From assembly GCA_050293845.1 (NCBI GenBank), contig JBNKNM010000069.1, forward strand, positions 1 to 24,976: DNA of 24,976 bases. Reading direction: 5' to 3'. The position numbers were made by a program, and so were the translations under genes. Positions 19,681-24,976 of the stretch are shown here, one piece after another; the stretch's first letter is position 1; the number at the start of each line of letters is the position of its first letter. The stretch comes from Pseudobacteriovorax sp. (lineage in GTDB: Bacteria > Bdellovibrionota_B > Oligoflexia > Oligoflexales > Oligoflexaceae). The notes beneath the pieces are model-generated. The model did no database searches and was not told the origin of the DNA. It worked only from the letters and a program-made list of their open reading frames with translations.

Positions 19681-19902
19681 CCGAATACGACTATTTTCTT
19701 GGACCCTAAATGGCTCGCTTGATTAGATATTTTTTGTAACACGATCTTTCCGATTAAAATTATTATATCAATTTTATTAGCCGATAATGCTTTAATTGCA
19801 AATGCTTAGTCCATTCGAACAAGAAAAGTTCATCTTTGCTAATAAACATCCGAAGAATCAAAAAAAATTCCATCCATTTAACAATGGGAGTTTTAATTTG
19901 TT

Positions 19903-20646
19903 GTGATGTTTAACTTATTGCTGATTTTATCCATAATCCTCTGCTGGTCTTGTAATAGACAAACAAGACCTCCCATTACCCTTGAAAAGCCATTACAAGC
20001 AGGTGCTGATCAAAACCCTAACTTTTCGGGGCAGTATGAATTAGAAGGCATTCCTCGATTCTACCATAGTGATGAAACCCTTTCTCTTTCTTTTAATCAT
20101 ACGTATTTAAAGAGCATTACTTACAGTTATGGCACGCCTGAATGTGATGGTAAAACGAAGCACCATAACCCCGATGAAATATTAGAGATCAATTTGCCCA
20201 ATATTCATGGTGAGGTGAGATTGTGCTTAACAACGACTGACATTAATGACGAGGCGGAAGGTAAGATACATGTTTACAAGTGGATTCAAGGCTACCCTGA
20301 CATTATCAACCATACTCTGGAATCTGATTGCACACCTTATAATTTATCAGACGTAGTAGCTGTAAAGGCTATTCTTGAGATAAACCAAGAACCAAATGGT
20401 GGCGATCTTTCACCTAGAGTTTATTACAATCTCTATAAAGATGAAGATTGTAATATCTCCGGTTTTGAACCATTTTTTCCATCAGTAGATTACTTTATTT
20501 TAGAGGGAGCAAACCTATATACCAATATTAACAAAATAGACTGGGAATTACGCATCGTCTTTAACGAGTCTCAAACAAGTATAGACCATCTAGAACAAGT
20601 CATTGGTCCTGAAGGTACTGCCGGAAGGCAGTTTATTATTCGGTGA
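19903..20646 (+). CDS. Hypothetical lipoprotein
   Basis: Hydrophobic N-terminus with CWSC lipobox; 247-aa ORF with four further Cys; no family recognised. Confidence 0.6.
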   Translation: MMFNLLLILSIILCWSCNRQTRPPITLEKPLQAGADQNPNFSGQYELEGIPRFYHSDETLSLSFNHTYLKSITYSYGTPECDGKTKHHNPDEILEINLPNIHGEVRLCLTTTDINDEAEGKIHVYKWIQGYPDIINHTLESDCTPYNLSDVVAVKAILEINQEPNGGDLSPRVYYNLYKDEDCNISGFEPFFPSVDYFILEGANLYTNINKIDWELRIVFNESQTSIDHLEQVIGPEGTAGRQFIIR

Positions 20647-20652
20647 GTTTAG

Positions 20653-20849
20653 AACAATGAGCCGTAATCCCACCTTTTTCAAATGGTGGATATAAGGCTC
20701 CATCACGATCCAAGATTTTCCCGATAGTAGCGGGAAACTAGAGCTAGCTCCATTCTCCTGCAAACCTCAAGTAAGCATGGCTCACGTGACCATGCTTCAG
20801 AAAACCTAACTACAGGATGCTTTCGATTTCAGTCGAGAGAGGAAGTCAC
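20653..20849 (+). mobile_element. Non-autonomous IS200/IS605-family mini-element (PATE-like), 197 bp, no ORF
   Basis: Left end: cleavage/TAM TTAG (20649-20652), guide AATC (20666-20669) directly 5' of hairpin CCACC...GGTGG, outer stem GAGCC/GGCTC. Right end: guide GATG (20816-20819), hairpin CTTTCGAT-TTCA-GTCGAGAG, terminal TCAC (20846-20849). Both guide/cleavage pairs follow the IS608-type pairing rule. Confidence 0.8.
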
Positions 20850-20865
20850 TATACAGAACCAGTCA
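20715..20865 (+). ncRNA. Putative TnpB omega/reRNA scaffold plus flank-derived guide (boundaries approximate)
   Basis: Stems TTTCCCG/CGGGAAA, CCTG/CAGG and AAGCATGG/CCATGCTT. The GTGAC at the top of the latter hairpin (20786-20790) is complementary to the terminal GTCAC (20845-20849), as in the TnpB reRNA pseudoknot. The guide would start TATACAGAACCAGTCA. Confidence 0.65.
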
Positions 20866-20869
20866 TCGA

Positions 20870-21355
20870 CTAAGCCTCGGCCTCCAGTTCACTCTCACCT
20901 TCACCGTCAATCGTATCCCCTTCTTCTTCACCGCGATAGCTTCGCGATCTCGTACAAGGTATAGCTTCGTTTTCTTTAATTCTAGATAGATCGGCCATCA
21001 GCAGTGTGGGATAGTGTTTTTTCAGGTAAGACACAGCCTCTTCAGGAATATCGAATATGGGATGATCGTTATATGCGTAAGATTCTAATATCTTACGGGG
21101 ACTTACCATCAAACCACAGAATACAAAAGGATACTGCAATCTTTTGCGCAACTGAAGAATCTCTGTCAAAACAGTTGAGCAAACTTCTTTTTCATCTTGA
21201 AAATCAACCACTAGATACTGCAAGCCGTTAGCAACCATCCAATTATGAATGCCGACTGCCAACTCACAGCAAGGCCGACAATCGGAGCCTGTGGTGCAAA
21301 TGTCCACTGCATTTAAGATGACTGCGCCATCAATTATTTCAGGTGCGAAATCCAT
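20870..21355 (-). CDS. STAS-domain (anti-sigma-factor antagonist-like) protein with Cys-rich insert and acidic tail
   Basis: LVVDFQDEKEVCSTVLTEILQL...FVFCGL...RKILE......IFDIPEEAV matches the SpoIIAA/STAS pattern. Start moved from 21406 to the ATG at 21355 because a GGAGG RBS precedes it. Confidence 0.65.
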   Translation of the reverse strand: MDFAPEIIDGAVILNAVDICTTGSDCRPCCELAVGIHNWMVANGLQYLVVDFQDEKEVCSTVLTEILQLRKRLQYPFVFCGLMVSPRKILESYAYNDHPIFDIPEEAVSYLKKHYPTLLMADLSRIKENEAIPCTRSRSYRGEEEGDTIDGEGESELEAEA

Positions 21356-21459
21356 AAAGCCCTCCCTGGAGGCTACAAACAATCCACATAAGAAACTTTC
21401 TCTCATATCTCAATATAGACATCCAAGCAAGTACTTTTGTCATATTCTCTTGTAGAAAA

Positions 21460-21936
21460 CTAAACTCCTGAAAACAAACACTTGCGGTCCACCCACTCAC
21501 CCACTTTCTGCCGAACAACATCTACAATATTTTGATTTTTAAGAGTTATTTCAAAATAGAGCAGAGCATCCCCCAAGTAGCTGCGCGCCTGATCTGCAGT
21601 TTCAGCAGTGAATCTGGATGGCCCCAGCGTCAACGAAATGGAGTCATCTCCGATCAATTTAATAAGACGAGCATCGCTCTCTACGTTTAAAGCACCAGTA
21701 GACACTAACGAATTTTTATTAAAGCTAGTAGCTGCAGACAGCTGGATATCCCAAATACCACCATGAATTTCATGGGGATGGGGAAGTTCCAGGTAATTCA
21801 ATTCAACTAACCAAAGATGTCCCAAAGCATCTTCCAGACGACGCTGGGAGTTAGCGCTTAACCATGACTTGAACTGGCTGCGTCCACTCGGTATGATAGC
21901 GGCGAGTCCCGATCGTTTCTCTAAGCTCTTTTCCAT
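21460..21936 (-). CDS. Hypothetical protein
   Basis: 158-aa ORF filling the gap and co-oriented with the STAS gene; no motif recognised. Confidence 0.55.
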   Translation of the reverse strand: MEKSLEKRSGLAAIIPSGRSQFKSWLSANSQRRLEDALGHLWLVELNYLELPHPHEIHGGIWDIQLSAATSFNKNSLVSTGALNVESDARLIKLIGDDSISLTLGPSRFTAETADQARSYLGDALLYFEITLKNQNIVDVVRQKVGEWVDRKCLFSGV

Positions 21937-21947
21937 GGGAACCTTCT

Positions 21948-22589
21948 ATGAATTTCGTTACCAATACTAATAGTTTACTCAGATTTTTGACCCCTGTGTT
22001 TTTTATCTGTATAAATTTATCAGCTTGTGCTTACCGTTTTACTAATATTGCGATGAAGCCCCCACCTGGAGTCCAATCTATAGCTGTTGAACCTGTATAC
22101 GATACCAGTCGCGAAGTTATATCACATGAGCTACTATGGCATGCTATCCAGGCTGAATTTGCCAGGAATGGACGTATTCAACTGACAACAAGGGATCAAG
22201 CAGACGCTTTAATGACCGTGCATATTGAGGCTGCTACCATTGCCCCTTCAGGATCACCCACAGGCTCAAAAGGCACCGTTGACCCCAATGTGGAAGGCAG
22301 ACAGATTCTCAATGACCCCTACTCTTATAAGCAGCTAAATCGTGCTGGCTTTTCAACCAATACCGAGTCCATTTCCTATCAAGTCAATGTCAAGGTTCAT
22401 AACTTATTTACAAAGGAAGTTATCTTCGATCGCGATTACACAGCTTCGGGTTCGTTCCGCAGCGTACGGGCTGAATCTGTCGCAACGGCAAATACCGGCT
22501 ATATCCTCTATGATGAGGCTTTAGATACTCGTACGGCATCAATTTCAGACTATATAGCTAGAAGGATTGTCACAGACTTTCTCCTATAG
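21948..22589 (+). CDS. lptE: LPS assembly lipoprotein LptE-like
   Basis: Lipobox LSAC followed by AYRF; SIAVEPVYD; ADALMTVHI; V.V......KEVIFDRDY; C-terminal helix IARRIV. Confidence 0.7.
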   Translation: MNFVTNTNSLLRFLTPVFFICINLSACAYRFTNIAMKPPPGVQSIAVEPVYDTSREVISHELLWHAIQAEFARNGRIQLTTRDQADALMTVHIEAATIAPSGSPTGSKGTVDPNVEGRQILNDPYSYKQLNRAGFSTNTESISYQVNVKVHNLFTKEVIFDRDYTASGSFRSVRAESVATANTGYILYDEALDTRTASISDYIARRIVTDFLL

Positions 22590-22681
22590 GCCGGTCCGAA
22601 ATTTTCACCTGACTCTGCGTCCCTTACTCAAAGGCTCAAAGCAACATCCGAATGCAACTTTGACTGCCAGTTTTTGAGCTG

Positions 22682-24034
22682 TTAAGGAGAGGCTAAAGGA
22701 AGCCCCGTGCGCTTTTTAATTTCTTGCAGAGCGCAATGATATTCTGCCTTTAACTGAGCTTCATCAATCCGACAAAGTTGACGGTTAAAGAGAACCCACT
22801 CGCCATCGATCATGACATGTTGGACATGGCGACTGGACGATGAAAAAAACAGATTAACCAATGGCTCAGACATGGGCTCTAAGGAAATGTCAAAGTCGAA
22901 AAATACAAGATCCGCTTTTTTGCCCACAGCGATGACCCCTGTGTCGTCAAAACCAAATAAAGTAGCGGGTATCCGCGTAATCATTTCTATGAGCTGACGG
23001 GGAAGATTGGGATAGTCATCCAGACCTTGCATTTTCAAAAGCAAATCAAAAAACTTGGCTTCACCGAGAATGTCTGCCCCATCGCAAGATGCAGCACAGT
23101 CCGTACCTAAGGCAATGGGAATACCGGCTTCCATAATGGCTCGGGCAGGAGGTGCAGCCTCATAGATGACTTCAGAAGTGGGACAAAGACCCGCTACCCC
23201 ACCATGATCTTTGATGCGCCGTAGATCTTCAGTGTCTGCACTCAGCAAATGCACCAATAAGCTACGAGGCCCTAGAGCCCCACATTTTTCTGCCATGGCA
23301 ACAGGAGTCATACCTTCCCGCTTCAAGACCCTCGCCCGCTCGCCCTGACTTTGGGATAAATGCATATGAAATGGTAGCTGGTTAGCTTTGGCAAAACTTG
23401 ACAAATCTTTAAGTAAGGCCCGAGATACTGTATCTGTGGCATGAGCATAAACGACTGGACGAACCCTATCATCATCCCAAGATTCAATTTTTTTCTTGGA
23501 CTGTTTCCACAGTTTCCAACCTGCCGGGAGGGGTCCACCAAGATCGGCATGGTGTTCACCCACAGCCCCTTTAAGGCCAAGAGTGTTCAGAGCTTTTCGC
23601 ATCCCATCAGCAAAAAAATAAGCATCACCGAAGCAGCAAACCCCAGCTTTAAGACCATCAACCAAATAGGAATAGGATAACGGAGCTATCAGTTCCGCTG
23701 TCAGAGACTTTTCTACGGGAAAGAAAAAATCTTCAATCATGGTTCTCTCATCGGATGCTTTTTTTGATCGATGGTGCCCCAGACCTCGGAAAAAAGACAT
23801 AGGTGAATGGACATGAGAATTATATAGCCCTGGAATCACTATCATCCCATTCAAATCTACAGTCTTCTCCTGTTTATTGTCGGTAATTATCGAAGAACTA
23901 GGGCCCATAGCGACGATGCGACCTTGTTCAATGACAAGGCTCCAGTTGGGACTGAAAGTATACTCTTCCCCATGGATGACCCCTAAGTTGTGTAGAATCA
24001 CCCGCTCAGCAGTATGTGATGGCGCAACATTCAT
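22682..24034 (-). CDS. Metal-dependent amidohydrolase (MtaD/SsnA/Atz-Trz-like deaminase family)
   Basis: VDLNGMIVIPGLYNSHVH (HxH); HATDT; HMHLSQS; VHL; LGTD; G.IAVGKKADLV; VMIDG. Confidence 0.88.
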   Translation of the reverse strand: MNVAPSHTAERVILHNLGVIHGEEYTFSPNWSLVIEQGRIVAMGPSSSIITDNKQEKTVDLNGMIVIPGLYNSHVHSPMSFFRGLGHHRSKKASDERTMIEDFFFPVEKSLTAELIAPLSYSYLVDGLKAGVCCFGDAYFFADGMRKALNTLGLKGAVGEHHADLGGPLPAGWKLWKQSKKKIESWDDDRVRPVVYAHATDTVSRALLKDLSSFAKANQLPFHMHLSQSQGERARVLKREGMTPVAMAEKCGALGPRSLLVHLLSADTEDLRRIKDHGGVAGLCPTSEVIYEAAPPARAIMEAGIPIALGTDCAASCDGADILGEAKFFDLLLKMQGLDDYPNLPRQLIEMITRIPATLFGFDDTGVIAVGKKADLVFFDFDISLEPMSEPLVNLFFSSSSRHVQHVMIDGEWVLFNRQLCRIDEAQLKAEYHCALQEIKKRTGLPLASP

Positions 24035-24084
24035 GAAAACCTCTCGACAATTTGTAAGACCTAGCTAGACTAGGGATTTGTGAT

Positions 24085-24100
24085 CAAAGTATATACTTTG
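24085..24100. promoter_or_regulatory. Perfect 16-bp palindrome (candidate operator) in the divergent amidohydrolase/sodB gap
   Basis: CAAAGTATATACTTTG is its own reverse complement and carries a TATACT -10-like hexamer on both strands. Confidence 0.55.
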
Positions 24101-24153
24101 CATATGACAACTGCGTTAATTTAGACTTTACCTTATAAACTAAGGAGACTACT

Positions 24154-24732
24154 ATGGCATTTTCACTCCCCGAGTTACCGTACTCTATGGATGCACTCAG
24201 CCCTCATATATCTTCTGAGACCCTTGAATACCATTACGGAAAGCATCATAACGCCTATGTCACAAATTTAAACAAACTTGTTGAAGGCACTCCTCAAGCT
24301 GAGAAATCTCTTGAAGAGATTATCAAATCATCCGAGGGGGGACTATTTAACAACGCTGCACAAGTTTGGAATCATAGCTTTTACTGGAATTGCCTATCTC
24401 CAAACGGCGGTGGTGAACCTTCTGGTGCCGTAGCTGATGCTATCAGTACAGCATTCGGCTCCTTTGCAAAATTTAAAGAGGAGTTCACCCAAGCAGCTCT
24501 TACCCAATTTGGCTCAGGTTGGGCCTGGCTTGTAAAGAATGCCAGCGGTAAGCTAGAAATCGTAAAAACCCCTAATGCCGAAACTCCCCTCACAGCAGGA
24601 GCCACTCCCCTACTAACCTGTGATGTTTGGGAACACGCCTACTATGTGGACTATCGCAATGCACGCCCCAAATATGTCGAAGCTTTTTGGAATCTAGTAA
24701 ATTGGGACTTTGTAGCCAAAAATTTAACTTAA
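24154..24732 (+). CDS. sodB: Superoxide dismutase [Fe]
   Basis: [16 protein letters not shown] (Fe-type AAQ); [29 protein letters not shown]. Confidence 0.96.
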   Translation: MAFSLPELPYSMDALSPHISSETLEYHYGKHHNAYVTNLNKLVEGTPQAEKSLEEIIKSSEGGLFNNAAQVWNHSFYWNCLSPNGGGEPSGAVADAISTAFGSFAKFKEEFTQAALTQFGSGWAWLVKNASGKLEIVKTPNAETPLTAGATPLLTCDVWEHAYYVDYRNARPKYVEAFWNLVNWDFVAKNLT

Positions 24733-24744
24733 TCTTAGCCTCCT

Positions 24745-24780
24745 CTCCTCACTGAACCGCTGATGCGGTTCAGTGAGGAG
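24745..24780. terminator. Perfect 16-bp stem hairpin downstream of sodB
   Basis: CTCCTCACTGAACCGC-TGAT-GCGGTTCAGTGAGGAG, followed by only a weak U-tract (GACTTT). Confidence 0.65.
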
Positions 24781-24900
24781 GACTTTCACTGGGCATACTG
24801 TGGACGCAATGGTTAATGACGGCCTTGGCACGATAAACCGCTATCGATGACAACAGAATGCTCCGAGCATCTCCCAAAGGAGGATTTACTTGGCATTGGT

Positions 24901-24976
24901 GTCAATTACCCCCACCTAAAGGAGGGGGCTTGTGAGGTGACTCGCAAGGGAGACTAGTTGACCAGACCACTAGCAA
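24901..24976 (+). mobile_element. End of an IS200/IS605-superfamily IscB/IsrB-type element: 5' part of the omega RNA (HEARO-like) scaffold, truncated by the window edge
   Basis: GTCAATTACCCCC...CTAAAGG...GCTTG...GTTGACCAG signature. P1 GTCAATTA/TAGTTGAC encloses hairpins CCCCCACC-TAAA-GGAGGGGG and CTTGTGAG-GTGA-CTCGCAAG (GNRA loop). The G.U pairs are valid only on the + strand. Confidence 0.8.

Noticed and set aside
20653..20849. Riboswitch, tRNA or simple terminator interpretation of the multi-hairpin region
   Set aside because: It lies between convergent 3' ends, has no cloverleaf or T-loop, and is better explained by paired IS200/IS605 ends.
20850..20869. The mini-element guide targeting flagellar genes in this window (TldR-like fliC repression)
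   Set aside because: By eye I found only 8-nt TATACAGA matches (near 2311 and, on the reverse strand, near 6802), neither next to a TTAG TAM. This is chance level, and no TnpB/TldR ORF is in the window.
173..24605. Short alternative-frame or antisense ORFs in the track (e.g. 173-424, 3503-3784, 13816-14112, 18429-18758, 19347-19664, 24381-24605)
   Set aside because: They lie inside well-supported genes and show no motifs; shadow ORFs.
24858..24870. Palindrome ATGCTC-C-GAGCAT
   Set aside because: Short, single, cannot form a proper RNA loop, and may lie in a coding remnant; compatible with chance.
1..24976. CRISPR array, tRNA or rRNA genes
   Set aside because: No regularly spaced direct repeats or recognisable stable-RNA signatures were seen in any intergenic gap.

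Overview
Gene-dense bacterial chromosomal segment. The short flagellin, Gld-like ABC system, CHASE2 cyclase and TraF/PorV-like barrel suggest Bdellovibrionota/Oligoflexia, but this is inference only. Left to right: 5'-truncated PlsC-family acyltransferase; a minus-strand flagellar cluster (fliC, fliD, fliS, flgE) interrupted by an antisense GNAT acetyltransferase; a translationally coupled GldA/GldF/GldG-like ABC plus DUF4340-like operon; proC; an outer-membrane barrel; a CHASE2 class III adenylate cyclase; a small HTH/coiled-coil protein; a TraF_2/PorV-like barrel; a lipoprotein; an ABC-F ATPase; an orphan lipoprotein; a Cys-rich STAS protein; a hypothetical protein; LptE; a metal-dependent amidohydrolase; and Fe-SOD (sodB). 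The strongest non-coding signals are two IS200/IS605-superfamily (OMEGA) elements. (1) A 197-bp ORF-less mini-element at 20653-20849 has both TnpA-type ends and what looks like an intact TnpB omega/reRNA scaffold with its pseudoknot. (2) The first 76 nt of an IscB/IsrB-type omega RNA (HEARO-like) element start at 24901 and run off the window. No tRNA, rRNA or CRISPR array was seen.
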